Counted from the stretch's first letter, positions 1 through 16,560 are shown. The stretch: DNA of 64,000 nucleotides from the human T2T-CHM13v2.0 reference genome, Homo sapiens (GCF_009914755.1 NC_060925.1), one strand, 5' to 3'. The notes: generated by a model from the sequence alone, not told the origin. A program made the numbers and translations.

Positions 1-225
1 ATAAGACACCCCCTCCTCACTAGCCCATTTATAAAAACCCTGACATTTTTACTACAACTTGGCAACCCACTCAGGATCCCTCTCTGTGACAGAGAGCTGT
101 TCTTTCCTTTTGCCTATTAAACTCCTGCTCCAGTCTCACTCTGTGTATGTGTGTCTGCGACTTCAATTTCCTTGGCCATGAGACCAACAACCTTGGTATT
201 TACCCCAGACAATGAGGCTACTTCA
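1..225 (+). mobile_element. 5' LTR, 3' portion (LTR9/MER61-like)
   Basis: Aligns to 8589-8603 plus 8902-9089. TATAAAA at 30-36, ATTAAA at 116-121, ends in CA at 225. Confidence 0.9.
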
Positions 226-227
226 TT

Positions 228-246
228 TGGGGGGCCCGTCCAGGAT
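228..246 (+). promoter_or_regulatory. Primer binding site, tRNA-Pro-like
   Basis: TGGGGGGCCCGTCCAGGAT, 2 nt after the LTR end, resembles the tRNA-Pro PBS TGGGGGCTCGTCCGGGAT. Confidence 0.8.
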
Positions 247-1870
247 TTGAAGGTGAAATCATTGGAAGAGTGAGTAAAGGAGTGGACTCTCTACTTTCAT
301 TTCCGAGGCTTCTCGTCCCCAGTTTTTATTCTCTCAAAGAACTATAAAAAAATCGGGCATCTGTCAGCTAATTAATGAGTCACAAGGGCTAGCCGCTAAT
401 CTTAAAGACTCAGATGTGAAGCTTGCTGGGGAGGACTTAGTCAATCCTCCAGTGCCCTCAGGGTGCTGGGAACGTTGGCTCTGTCCAAACCAGTTTCCTT
501 TCACTTTGCCATCACATGGGGCTGGAATAGGTCCTGGGGCAACTGAGGATTTCTGGCCAGGGCTACACCCTGGTGTTGTCCAAAGGCTCCTGGACTGACA
601 CCAGCCTCCGACTGCCTGACTGGGTGTCGGCCACAAGATTGCCAAGCTTTCCTATTGCAAATCTTATTTTCCTCCTTTCCTTTCCGAGGTCACCATGTCT
701 CCCATCCCCTCTCTGTACACAATGCTGCGGGAATTTTTATAGCCCAGAGAAATAATTCAGTTAGGCAGGCTTAGCAACCACCTTGGCAACCAGAAATGCA
801 GGTCAAGGGGATTGCTGTTTTTGTGACTTTCTACCGACAGGGGGATTTCGTGATCCAGATCTGAAAGACTATTTAACTCCTAATGATAGCACTTCCTGGG
901 GTTGGGTAGAAGGTTATCTCCCCACCAATGAACATCCCTCTCTCCACCTAGGCTGTTTCTTTTCCCATGTGAAGAACCAGCACTACCCAGCCGGACTGCA
1001 TAGTCCCTCTATGAGGCGAATTAACTTTCTCCTGCTAGGAGGCATGCTGTAGGAATGGCCTGCCACATGTCAGACTTCCCTCTCTGTCCATACGGAGGCC
1101 AAGTTACTGCCTGGTATTTCAAAGCTTGCAGCGTCACCTAGTGGAATAGGAATCCTTTCCATCGGCAACCTCGTCTGCCCTTTGCCAAAAGCCTCTAGCT
1201 TTCCACTTTTTCTCCCTTTTACATCCCTCTAAAAGAGATCAAACCTTATGTACCTCTGAGAGTGGGAGAACTCTGCTTTCAGCAGTGAGGAAAAAAATGT
1301 CCTCCAAAACCAAATTTTTGTCTCAATACTCTCTCCATTAGCAGAAAGGCTGCCATTTGACCCTTACATTCTCTTGAGACACCTATTCTGCTTGCAACTA
1401 GTATTTCGTCTAAATAGAAAGGGGATTTTATGTTTGGAAGTTAACTGGAACCACCATCTAAACATAAATTCTCTAGTCTGGTCCATAATAGCAGAGTATA
1501 AAGCTCAGCCCAGTACACTCCCTCCATTAAGGGGCCTTGCTTAAATGCAACTGTTACATAATCTCTCCTGATACCCATTCATCAAGGAGTCACACAGATC
1601 ACACAAGTCTGAGAGGTCAAAGGGCAATTATCAGGCAAAGGACTAAGGTCACATGGGTAAGCGTGACTATCCCCATTACTTAGCTCCTCTGGGACCATGG
1701 TTTGAAGGTCACACCTGCAACCATGGGGAGGCACACACTGTGCTGGGACCCAGGGACCAAGGAGAGAGAACAGTCAGGGGGACACTCCCACTGTCATCCC
1801 CTCCACCCTGGGTCACACCAAAAAGAACAAGGAGACTGAGGGATGCCTCTCCTCTTGTCTCTTTTCCAGG

Positions 1871-2995
1871 ATGGGTAGCAAGTCATTTTGGCTTGCACTC
1901 TGCTGGAGTACATTTTGAACTCCTTTGACACCCAAACTCTGAAGAAAAAGTGGCTCATTTTCTGTTGCACAAGGGTGTGGCCTTCTTACCCTCTCAGGAA
2001 TGAACAGACCTGGCCAGCTAAAGGGAACCTTAACTTTAATCTTATCCAGCAATTAGATCTCTTCTGTAGATGGAAGAGCAAATGGTCCAAGGTTCTCTAT
2101 GTGCAGGCTTCCTTTGCCCTGCGAGACAACCCAGACCTTTGCAAGCATTGCAAAACCAACTCAGCCCTCTTAGCAATCATATCAGACAGGTCTGTGGAGA
2201 GTAGTTCCCCTAAGTCAGAAGAGCAAGTTTTGGAGGAACCATTAGAGGCAGCTTCTAAGTGCCCCAGTCCTTCCAGTCCCCTTTGTCCAGGGCCCCCTCC
2301 AGCTGCACCATCAGCTCCTCCAGCTCCACCATCTCCAAAGCTCCCCACTGCCCAGACTTCACTCCTACCCCTACAAGAAATGCCAGATGGAAGGGGCACC
2401 ATTAAGGTACTTATTCCCTTCTCATTGCAGGACCTTAGGCAGATAAATGGGCTGATTTCTTGATAACCCTAATAGATATATAGAGGCCTTCCAAAATTTA
2501 ACTTAAGTGTTTTACCTCACATGGAGGGATGTTGTGCTGTTGTTTCTCAGCCAAACCCTCACTGCAGCTGAAAAGCAGACAGCTCTGCAAGCAGCAGAAA
2601 AGTTCGGAGATGAACAACATGTTCCCTATAGTGACCAAAAAGGAAAAGGGGAGATAAGGAAGGTGAGGAAATAACAGAAAAAAACAATCTCAATAGGGAG
2701 AGAGGCTATACCTCTTGACAATCCTGACTGGAATCCCTGTGACCCCATAGATGAATGGAAAAGGAAATACTTTTTAATGTGCATATCAGAGGGCCTAAGA
2801 AGGACTAGGACCAAACCTCTTAATTACTCTAAACTGTCCTTATTGAATCAGAAACCAGATAAAAATCTCCCTACCTTTTTGGAAAGGCTGAGAGAAGCTT
2901 TAATAAAACACACCTCCCTGTCTTCCAATTCAACAAAAAACAGGTTCATCACTCAGGCAGCCCCTGATATCAAAAGGAAGTTGCTGAAACAGGCC
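1871..2995 (+). pseudogene. ERV gag pseudogene (MA, proline-rich region, CA), frameshifted with stops
   Basis: ATGGGT (MG start) at 1871. ORF 1888-2463 has MA motifs (FDTQTLKKKWLIFCC, QLDLFC, YVQASFALRDNPDLC) and a PPPAAPSAPP region. ORF 2777-3103 has CA motifs (FLERLREALIKHT, FITQAAPDIKRKL). Confidence 0.9.
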
Positions 2996-4250
2996 ATGTC
3001 TAAAAATCTTTCTAGTTTTTCTCACTCTCAAGTTGAAACTTTGCAGTATGTAAATGACACTCTCCTCTGTGCCCCATTCAAGGATGTCTCAGGAAGGCAC
3101 TAAGACTCTTCTCAATTTCTTAGCTAAAAGGGAGTATAGGGTCTCAAAATCTAAAGCTCAGCTCTGTCAAACTTCAGTAAAGTACCTAGGCCTAATCTTA
3201 TCAGAAGTGTGGGGGATCGGTCAGGGTGGTGAAAAAACTATAGGGAAAGGACACAAACCTTCTGAAAGGTCGGAAGTTTCTGCAGAGCCCCAGGGAAGAA
3301 TGGCTGAAGACAGCTGTTCTATAACCCTAAGGCAGAGGGCAAGGAGTAGGTACAAGGGAGTGTGGGGGAATTTATCTTAAACCGGTTTGTTTACTTATGT
3401 TGACCAGGAACTGACCTTGGATCATCCCCATGCAACATTCCCTGAAAGGGGAACAATAAATGTTAATTACCTGCAGGTTGTGTTGGCTCCAGGTTTTCGG
3501 CATTGTGCCTGCACTGAATAAAAGCAAACAGCTCCAGCTTCTCGGGACTGCTGTCTGGCCACTGGAGCCAGGCAGTCACCTAGCTGCTCTTACACTGCAT
3601 ACCTGTGTCTGAGTACTCATTTCACCCATCGGCCAAGGTCTGTGGGACAGACACAGCACAGAAGGAACCAGAGTACCAGGTGAGGAAAGGATTAACCCCG
3701 TTTCCTTTAAGAGTTAAGAAAATTATTGGGCATTACTGAATTTTGCAAAATGTGGGCATTACTGAATTTTGCAAAATGTGGGCACCAGGGTATGGTGAAA
3801 TAGCTCATCCTTTATACCAACTCTTAAAAGAAACTCAAGCAGCTCCCTAACTTGGGAACCTAAAACACAAAAGCCTTAAACCAGCTAAAGCAAGCCTTGC
3901 TTAAAGCACCAGTTCTCAGCCTTCCCATAGGGAAGGTATTTAATCTTTATGTATATTGGAAAGGAAGAAAATAGCCCTGGGAGTTTTGACTAAGACTGGA
4001 GGTCCAGCTCTACAGCCAATGGGTTAACAATGGGGAATAACTTAACTGTTTAGCTCCACGCAATATAACAAGACTACTGTCCTCTAAGGAAAGTCTGGCT
4101 AACAGACAATTGCCTCCTCAAATATCAAGCTTTGCTGCTAAAGGGATCTGCAGTCCAGTTGAAAACCTGCCACTTCCTGAGCCCAGCCACTTTCTCCCAG
4201 AGAAAACTGGAGAACCTAAACATGATTGTGAACAAGTAGTGGTGCAAACT
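2996..4250 (+). pseudogene. ERV pol remnant (RT C-terminal half and tether), interrupted by a solo LTR
   Basis: LQYVND at 3041-3058 (degenerate YVDD), YRVSKSKAQLC, VKYLGLILSE continuing as GTR after the insertion, LGITEFCKMW; multiple frameshifts. Confidence 0.85.
3208..3658 (+). mobile_element. Solo LTR, LTR22-like (HERV-K HML-5, class II), nested in pol
   Basis: TG...CA termini, 6-bp TSD CAGAAG (3202-3207 and 3659-3664), AATAAA near 3517. Removing it restores the RT frame. Confidence 0.85.
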
Positions 4251-7076
4251 GGGGGAAAAATGGTAAGAATCACTGTTTATCTTCACTGTAAAGTTTTATT
4301 TGTGAAAAAGGATTTTCCTAAAGAGCACTCAGCTTAATTCAAAGTGGATATCAAACCTATGGGTATATTTTAAAGGCCTTTATGTTTTTCTCTTTATAGA
4401 TCTTGTTTTCCTGGAAAAGGTCTTTTTTTCTCAGTCAACTGAGAAAACTGTGACTTACCACTCTTGGTGCATGCATGAAAGACCCTAGAATGACTTCTGG
4501 TAGCCTGGGACTCCTTGGGAAAACAGAAAAGGTGCCACAAATCCCATTTTGGGAAAAATCTGTTTTCCTCATGGAACACCTGGAATTAAAGGTGAATAAG
4601 TAGTTCTCAAAATCTATCTTTGTCTTCCAGCTTTGCTTGTTTATTAGGCCCTGGAAACTGTATTCCTAGCCCTGTTCTTAAAGGGTCTCACCAGGAGGCT
4701 AATAATCCAATTGGGAAATTAGCAAATGAAAAATTTTAGAACCACTGGATCTTTTTCTGTTTGTCTGTGTGGTTATATATGTGTTATGTGTGTAATGTCT
4801 ATTTGAAAAGAGCTCCAATTAATTGGACTAAGAAAAATAAGCACTTAAATAAAGTATTTTTAAAGAAAAAGTAAAAGCTGTGGTACCTTTCAGTTCACAC
4901 AACTTTAATCTTCAAAAATAAAAACAGTCTTAGAAACTATTGGTAAAATACAAATGTCTTCAGGATGTAAAAATGTGATCTAAATTATGCAGGTCAGATA
5001 CTAGGTTTGATAAATGTTTTAAGGTTGTAACTGCTTTTTTAGCCTTTAAATATTGTCTACTTGCCTGCTTCACAATTGGTAAGGCCTGGGAACATATGGA
5101 AGTAACCATGCCCCTAATGATGCTGAAAGCAGTCAAACTTTATCTGCATCTAGCACATAATTAAAACAACCTACCAGGTTTTACATCAAAGTTAAAAATT
5201 GCTAAGTGTTACCATTATGACATGTAATGAGACTAGTGAACATGGATTTGCATGCAAGGTGTGTAAAAAAACAGTAAAAGCTGTTTTTAATTAAAGATAA
5301 GAAGGCATGAAAATGTACATTTTGCCTAGCCATAAAGGATTGTCTTAAATAAAATAAAGCAGAAGGTTTAAGCAAATTGTAAAAAGATTGTAAAAACTAA
5401 TCTTGCAAAGGAAACTCTGTGTATGAACATATTAACTAATTTCAAAGGGGTATTATATAGTTTTATAAATTAAGGATTAAAATGCAAGCACAGGGTTTTC
5501 TTAAAATGCTGATCTACTCTTTAGCAAAATTTGTAGAGGGTCATAAAAGGTTTGTGTAAATCTCACCTCATGGTCAAACTGGTTAAGATTGAATAGGATT
5601 GTCTATAAAGTTTCATTAAAAATCAGGGTTAACATTAATAGCAAACAAATGCAAGGGTGAAATTTAACATTCTCTCTTGAATAGGATTTTCATGTAATAG
5701 AAAGGGCTGATGAATGGTTTTTGCTTTTTCAAATTTTTGACTCATAATTTTGGCAAAACAAAAAACTTACAGTAATCTAATATCAAGTGTTTTAAATTTT
5801 GAACATATTTAACAGGCTTCCCAAAATCAAACTTTAGTTTCAAGGTTGTCTTTCCTAGCCCCTAGCTTTTTGTTCTGCACAGGGCTCCTAGAACATCCAG
5901 AAGAGAGGTAAATAGGATTATTTAACTTGTTTAGGTACATGGAATTGCCAAAATGATGTCTAATACTCTTCAGGTTATATTTTAGGGAATAATATTAACA
6001 TATGTTCCAAAACTGTATGGAATGTCTAAGGTACTAGTGTCTGAATAATACGCGCTATTAATCACAATTAAGGTTGTTATGTTAGGTTATTGTAAGCCAC
6101 AGAAACAACCAAATTTGTCAATCATGTTCTTGACTGTAACCACCCTGGACATTTTGTCATTTACAAACAATTGTTGTCTTGTTTGAATCTTTTTCTTAAA
6201 AAAAATAGTTTCTAATCAGCTGTGGAACTTACATAGGTGCTCTTAAATGCAGGTTTTTGATTAAAAAATGTATAGGACTCATACAAAGCTGAAATGTTTA
6301 TGAATAACAAGCAGATCAAGAGTTAATGGAATGGGCTGAACTAATAGAAAACTAAAGCAATATTCTTGATTTATGCTTGTAACACTGGTGATCCTTATTT
6401 TGTTTTTCAGAGTCAAGGAAATTTTCTTAAAAGCCTTTAAGAACTAAGTAAACTATACTCCTGTAAACAATGTTTGGAGCATGTTTGTTTCTCTCTGCCT
6501 AGTTCTTCTAGAATTTGGAAACTAGTTATAAGTATTCTTGAATTACAACTATATAGTTATTTGCATCAGTGCAACAAGAATCCATTTTCTTTTGCAACAA
6601 AACACAATTGGAAAAACTGATTGTTTTACCAAGGCTTTGACTTCAAGGCTTTGACTTGCAGAGCCAATGAAAGCCCTTTGGGAAAACTGGCTGCATACCT
6701 TGTCTACACAGTCTCTGTACAGTGTTCCTGACCTGTGGTGCGTAAAGAATGTCACTTTCTAACAGGCCCGGAAACCCCATGCTCCTGGAACCTCAAGAAG
6801 AAAGAAGTTTATCCAACTCACAGGTATTTGAGGGTACAAACTCATGGCTGGGCTTGGCTTCAAAAAGTCCTATCCAAGATTCCTTGTGGAACAGAGTTCT
6901 ATCAAAACCAATCAAAATACACAGAGGTAATTATTCTTGCTGTACTTTTTGCAGATAATCAGGCCAAGTATAGGACTAAAGTTTATTCTGCAACCAGCTC
7001 AGTCCTATCATAAGTTGTTTTTCATAAAAATGAGAACTGGAGAGAGAAATTATGTTCCACACTTACTGTACATCTG

Positions 7077-7425
7077 TGATATAGTTTGGCTCTATGTCCC
7101 CACCCAAATCTCATCTTGAATTGTACTCCCAGAATTGTGGGAAGGACCCAGTGGGAGATAATTGAATCATGGGGGCAGTTTCACCCATACTGTTCTCATG
7201 GTAGATAAGTCTCATGAGATCTGATGGTTTGATAAAGGGAAACCTGTTTTGCTTAGCTCTCATTTCTCTCTTGCCACCACCATGTAAGACATGCCTTTTG
7301 CCTTCCACCATGATTGTGAGGCCTTCCTATCCAAGTGGAACTGTAAGTCCATTAAACCTCCTTCTTTTGTAAATTGCCCAGTCTCAGGTATGTCTTTATC
7401 AGCAGCGTGAAAATGGACTAATACA
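7077..7425 (+). mobile_element. THE1 (MaLR) solo LTR nested in the provirus
   Basis: TGATATAGTTTGGCTC...GGACTAATACA termini; 5-bp TSD ATCTG (7072-7076 and 7426-7430). Confidence 0.92.
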
Positions 7426-7759
7426 ATCTGTCATTGACTTCTAGTCTCATTAGTTGTTTGTAAGTTCTTGCCAACATTTTAAACTAATCATGCTTATTCC
7501 TGTAAACCAATCATCAATCTCCAGCTGTGGCTCAAAGGAGACAGAAAGGAATGGGTAATATAAAAATCTGGAACAATGTGCTAGTTCTGGGCACTTATGC
7601 TGCAAATCCTGCCAGGTAACCTATAACCCCAAGGTTTCCTTTTCTGGCGGGGACAGTAAGACCAAGGGAGCTAAACAAAGCCAAGCCCCATACACCCAGT
7701 TACAACAGCACAACCCATCTAAATGGCTCACAGATATCAAACAAACTCTGTTGTCATGG

Positions 7760-8028
7760 TTATGGCCTATAGTGCCTCACTAATAATGGTAGTCTTATAT
7801 ATATTTGGACCCTATATTCTAAACCTCCTTGTAAAGTTTCTCTTCTCACCTAGAAACCATCAAGCTTCAGATGGTGCTGCAAATGGAGCCAAAAAGGAAA
7901 CCACCCTTCTACCAGGGACCCTTAGATCGACCCCAGGAGGAGCCCTAGATGCTGTTCCCGTACCACGCCCTCTCCAGCGGGAAGTAGCCAGAAGAAGTTG
8001 TTGCCCAATTCCCCCTAACAGCAGTTAG
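7760..8028 (+). pseudogene. env remnant (TM anchor and cytoplasmic tail), frameshifted
   Basis: LYIFGPYILNLLVKF followed in another frame by LETIKLQMVLQMEP, typical of class I ERV TM C-termini; lies just before the PPT. Confidence 0.8.
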
Positions 8029-8053
8029 GGATTCCATTCCTGAGGGGGAAATA

Positions 8054-9089
<1,036 letters not shown>

Positions 9090-9808
9090 GTGAGATTAGA
9101 GGCATGAGCTACCACATAGCCGGAGTCTACATACTCTTAACCCTCTGGTCTAAGAGAGGAGGCAGCTTTGGAGCCATTATCAATATTCACGAGTTCGACA
9201 AACATTGCCTCAGCAACTCCACCTTGCCAGACTGAGAATACAAATAGAAATGCAGAAAGGGTCAGATGCAATGACAGCTGCTTATATTCCTGTTCTCAAG
9301 GAGGGCACATTTTATCAGGAAAAAGAGATCTGTAATCAATAAATATGATTCCTCTAAGAATGTTAACCAAAGATTGTTCAAAGTGCTACTCAGAGCCAGC
9401 AGCAACCAGCATGGATTTGCTTTGCTAAGGATGATGTTGGATTTGGATATTGAAAGAGTAGCATAAGCTCACAAAGCAGAGAAAGGAGGGAGGGAGGAAG
9501 ATAAGATTCAGGGCAGAAGGAAATGCAGAAATGACTTAAAGGAAGCCTTACCATCTTGGCAAGTCTGGCAAAGAATGACTTATCTCATGAGGCTGGATTG
9601 AGACATGTTTACCAGACACTCTGGATCGACTCACTCAACATCTGTTCCCAGTGTTCTGCCTGTTCTACAGATCTAGAAATAAAGCCACGTTTCCAGAATT
9701 CCTTGAAGCTATGGTTCTGGATGTGATTCTGCCAAACAGATCTACTTTGGAAGGCCTACCAGTCTGTGGTATGCAGTGGCAGAACAGTTATTTAAATTAT
9801 CACTTGTA

Positions 9809-10100
<292 letters not shown>

Positions 10101-10375
10101 ACATTGTCACTTGTAGTCACCTGGGAGAAAAAGTATCCATGGAAATCAAAACGCTGGAAGGCCAAGTGGCTATGGTAATAAATCTTCATGGCAAGAGTGA
10201 ATAATTCAAAGATAGTGGGGTTGGCTAGCTTCTTGAATTCTTATGAACATAAAGAAAGAAAAACATAAGCATGGAGTGACCTGTAGCATCCCAGATCTGG
10301 TACCAAATTCTGTGTCAATTAGGATTAGGCACAGCAGCAAGGGACAGATACTCAGAATAACAGTGGCTTGACCAA

Positions 10376-10760
10376 GTTATGGAAACACCAGGGGTTCAGT
10401 CTAGGTACTGACGCACAGAAAGCCAATCACTGAGACAATAAGTATTGCCAAGGAAGAAGGCTTTAATCGGGTGCTGCAGCCAAGTTATGAGAGCTCAGTC
10501 TCAAATCCATCTCCCTGACTGACTAAATCTAGGGGCTTACATAGCAGGGAAGATATGTAACAATGTTTAAGAAAACAGGAACTAGGGAGGGGCAAGGAGG
10601 CATCTGGTGTCAGTTCTCTTGATACTTTTTTGAGAGGCCTGAAGGTCCTTTCCTGAGGAGGGAACTCAGATAAAACAAATGCAAATTTCAAGCTAGGGGC
10701 CATTTCTATGTTTATCCCAAAACAACTGTTTATGGAACTGTTGGGCCCATTTCATTTCTC
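10376..10760 (-). mobile_element. ERV1 LTR fragment (MER57-like) within an older MLT1-type LTR
   Basis: GAAACACCAGGGGTTCAGTCTAGG...GCCAATCACTGAGAC recalled as the reverse end of MER57-type LTRs; flanks resemble MLT1. Boundaries approximate. Confidence 0.55.
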
Positions 10761-11368
10761 ACAGAAAGTTCCAGAGGTAGGTACTCAGGCTGTGGCAGTT
10801 CTGCTCCATAGTACCTTCCAGCTTGCTGCCTCTCCTTCCCTTGGGTGTGATCCTCATGTTCATAGTCCAAGATGGTAGCCATCATGTCTGTATTCCAGGC
10901 TATAGGATGGAGAAGGCAGCAAACAAAAAGGGAGGGCAAAGGACATGTGTTTCCTCCCTCCTGAAAAAGTTCTTGGAAACTCTCACATGATACTTCTGTT
11001 TACATTCCACTGTACAGAACTTTGTCACCTGGCCACATCTAACTGCAAAAGAGAGGACATGTAATCAGCAATCACTATTTTAATCAGGAAGATGAAGAGA
11101 ATGTAAAATTGGGAGGCAATCATAGGATGCATGGTAGAGAGTATCAGAGGAGGTAGCTGGGATGATGGGCACCAGATGGGAAAGGACTTGATATGACAAG
11201 CCAAGGTGTTTGGACTTTATCCTACTGGCAATGAAGAATCATCAGATAGGTTTAAAGAGCAGAGAGATATAAACTGAGCTGTTCCACTGCCATCTCTCTG
11301 ACAGCTATATGAAAGGGTTCTGGCGCAGTAATACCAAACCCCAGAGACCTGTTAGAAAGCAGTTACCC

Positions 11369-13089
<1,721 letters not shown>

Positions 13090-15422
13090 AGAAAGCAGTT
13101 GCCCTAGTCCAGGTGAGAAGTGATGAGAGCCTGAAATAGGGCAGTGACAATGGGATGGAAACAAGAGAATGGAAGGGTGAGATATGCTAGGGTAGGAGGG
13201 GACAGACTTTGGTGACTATTAGACAATGGAGGTGAAAGAAGAGTGTGGAGTTTAGGCTGACACCAGGGTTTTTGGCTGGAGCAGTTTGGTAAATGACACT
13301 GCTACTAACCAAAATAAAGGAATCAGAGAGTGAAGAAGGCTGCTGATAGCAAGCAGAATGTGATTAGTTTGATTTGGAATATTTTCAGTTTAAAGTGCTT
13401 GTTGTGTGGAAGATGTTTGGCGAGCAGAGAAATACATGTGTCTGGAGCACTGAAGAGAAGTCAGGGCTGGAGGTACCAATTCAGGAGGTGTGCGACTCTA
13501 AGTGACAGCTGCAGCCACAAGTTTGAGATGGCCTGACCTAGAAAAGAATGAGGGAACAGAGTCAAGGATGAAGCCTACGGAAGCACCAATGTTGTGTGAG
13601 TCTTCTGCAGAGTCCTTTCTGATGGAAGGTCCTTTAAGAAGCGCAGTTCAAGAAATCTGAGGCTGCAAATGCATGCTGTTTCCCCAGACATCCAGGACCT
13701 GGATCAGTTTTCCATTTCAAGACAAGATAAAACTGCTAAAGGGTTTTTCTTTCCCTGGTTGAAATACTTTAACACCAACTAATTTCAAGTTTGGAAAGAA
13801 AGTCATGTTTAAGATTGAAGTTGTTATTTCTACTCTGTAATACAGTAGAGCCTGTGCCCAGAAAACCTCCTGCCTGTCTCATCATCCAGGGAGCTTCCTT
13901 GTGTTTATTCTACCAGGCCTGCGGGCAGGACAATGTCAGCAGGTTGAGATATGAGCTACACGTTGCAGGCATTGACAGATCAGGAGAGCTCTCCTACAAA
14001 CTGCATGCCCTTCTTAATTGCTTTTAAGCATGGGAAGATGAATGTTGTCCTAGTATCTGCTTCAGTTCTAGAAAAGGTTAAAAAAAGTTGTTTGTATATA
14101 GTACTCCTTTCATTTCAATTGATTCTTATTGTGCTTCCCCTCAACTCATTTAAGTTGTTGGCTAGTACAACCCACCTTCAAAGCACTGCTTTTTTGAAAT
14201 TCAATGATTATAATTTGGAAGAGACTTTAGACCAAAGAGTATGATATCAAAATTCTCAGTTCTTTGGGTGGTCACTAGCAGAGTGCCTTCAACAGACAAA
14301 AATCCAAGTAAAAAGACCTTCAATTATAATACCTAGAAAGTACAGTAAAATTCAACGGAAACAAAAACAATCTCATCTAAAATTAAAGTAAATGGTAGTA
14401 TACCTGTCTAAATTAGAAAGTGTGGTTGCAGGATTAGTATAAGATCCCAGAATTAGTATGAATTCAGCCAAATATCTAACATTTCTCACCTCAATGTTCT
14501 TGATACTGTTCACTGATACTCAGCATCATGGCCCTAAAATGTTAAGACTAGGTCCCATCAAATAAAGATTCAATTATAATCACTGGGTTGTAGTGACTAA
14601 GCCAGGCAAATGGGCAAAATGCAAGTTGGTAACAATATTTTCATTTTGGAAAAATGAAAAATTAAGGAAAATATGACAAAATATTCTATAAGGTGAATTT
14701 CTTTTTTAAGAGCCTTTGTTCTGAGATCATGTCCATTTCTTGTGGTCTACATGTCTTTCTTTTGTAAAAAGAGTAGTGCCAGTAAATGGCAGGTTTCTAA
14801 TAATTTCATTCGACAAACCAAAAGCTGGCATACCATTGCCAATTCCTAAAGTTGTTTTGGAATTTTACTTGGTGAAATGTTAAAGTCTGAGAATGTCCCT
14901 GGAGTAATGGCTCCCTGCTGCTGATCATACTGGCTGATGAAGTAGATACTCTACAGGAACTTACTAGAAATGGTTGATCCGCAGGGAATGAAAGGCTTAC
15001 ACAGGGCTCTTGTTTGTTTCCTCCCTCTGTTACCAAAATGTTAACCATTTTAATTTACCTTTAAAATTGTGATTAAAAAATACATGTATTTAAAATAAGT
15101 CACTTACATGTACAAAGTCAAACCAGAACACCCCTGCCCAGCAGCATGCCCAAAAGGGGAGTCTCTCAGGCTTTGCACACACGCTTCTCACAAATGCCCC
15201 AGTGCAGGCTTTGGTTTAGGGTTCCATGTGCTAAGAATACAGCATCAAAGGCTTTTCTGCTGGGAAGGAAAGGAAGAGACTTGTAATGTCTATATAGCTC
15301 CCAAAGACAAAAAGACTCTAGGTTGATTAGAACAAGCTTCAAATCAGAACTTGGGTTTTCTGCCTTCAAAAATCAAAGAAAATTTTAAAAATTGCTTTTG
15401 AAGATTCAAAAAGAAACAATGC

Positions 15423-15765
15423 GGCCGGGCACAGTGGCTCATGCCTGTAATTCCGGCATTTTGGGAAGCCGGGGCGGGCAGGTCGCTTGAGGTCAGGAGT
15501 TTGAGACCAGCCTGGCTAACATGGCGAAACCCTGTCTCTACTAAAAATAGAAACATTATTAGCTGGGCGTTGTGGTGGGCGCCTGTAGTCCCAGCTACTT
15601 CGGAGGCTGAGGCAGGAGAATCGCTTGAACCCGGGAGAAGGAGTTTGCACCTAGCCGAGATCGAAGATCATGCTCCTGCACTCCAGCCTGAGCAACAAAG
15701 CAAGACTCCATCTCAAAAAAACAAAAACAAAAAACAAAACAAAACAGAAAAAAACAAGACAGAAA
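15423..15765 (+). mobile_element. AluS
   Basis: GGCCGGGCACAGTGG start, dimer, (AAAAC)n tail. Confidence 0.95.
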
Positions 15766-16209
15766 GAATGCCCCTTTGTAAAGGTTTTTTTAAATTCACA
15801 GAGACTTGATAGCATCACCATTGTGTTTGTTATTTCCCAGAAGCCAGCAGGGAACGTTCTCTGCTCCTGGAGCTGGTAAAAATACAGGAAGTAGCCAAGG
15901 GCATTATAATCATTAGTCACTGAGATACAAACCTTCAGTTCTGTTACCCAGGGAACCTAAAGTGCTGCTTGGTGTAGGTGGGAGATGATTAATCTCTCCG
16001 TGCACGATAAAAAGACAGAGCTGCCACCCGGAATTAGTCTGTTTATGTAGAATGAGGACAGCCCCAAGAGTAGATGGGATTTAAAAATAGTAACAATTCT
16101 CCCCCAACCCCAAATACACCATTTCTGAATGTTGTAGAACATTCAGGAAACAAGAATCATTCATAATTCTACCCCTAGAAGTTACCAATGTTAACATTTT
16201 GATTAATAC

Positions 16210-16560
16210 TGTAAACAGAAAAATCAAAGTCTGTAAAATATCTGAAAGAGAGGCTTAGTCAAGCCAGTATGAGTAACCTCCGCCCCCGGAAAACACAACC
16301 CAAGAAGCCTTGAGTAAGTGGTCCCGAGGCAGCCGCATGTGTTTGGTTTTATACATTTCAGGAGGGCAGGAGTTACAGGCGAAGACAGAAATCAATACAG
16401 GGCACATATACATTAGTTCAGCAGAAAAGGCAGGCTATCTTGAAGTAGGGGGCTTACAGAGGTAAGCAGGGGTTTTATAGATGATAGGCAGATTCAGAGA
16501 TTTTTAAAATTTGCATTAGAGGAGTAAGGCTCTAAAACTTGGAGTCAGCAGAAAGGACTG
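16210..16560 (-). mobile_element. MER4-group ERV1 LTR fragment
   Basis: Resembles the MER4-like LTR at 35731-36668 (TTTTATACATTTCAGGAGG, AATCAATAC, CATTAGTTCAG motifs). Confidence 0.55.

Noticed and set aside
1888-2463. 191-aa gag ORF as a domesticated retroviral protein
   Set aside because: It starts at TTG, is out of frame with the MG start at 1871, and ends before most of CA; downstream gag has stops and frameshifts.
7723-8028. Syncytin-like env gene
   Set aside because: Only a frameshifted TM tail remains; no SU, furin site or fusion peptide was seen.
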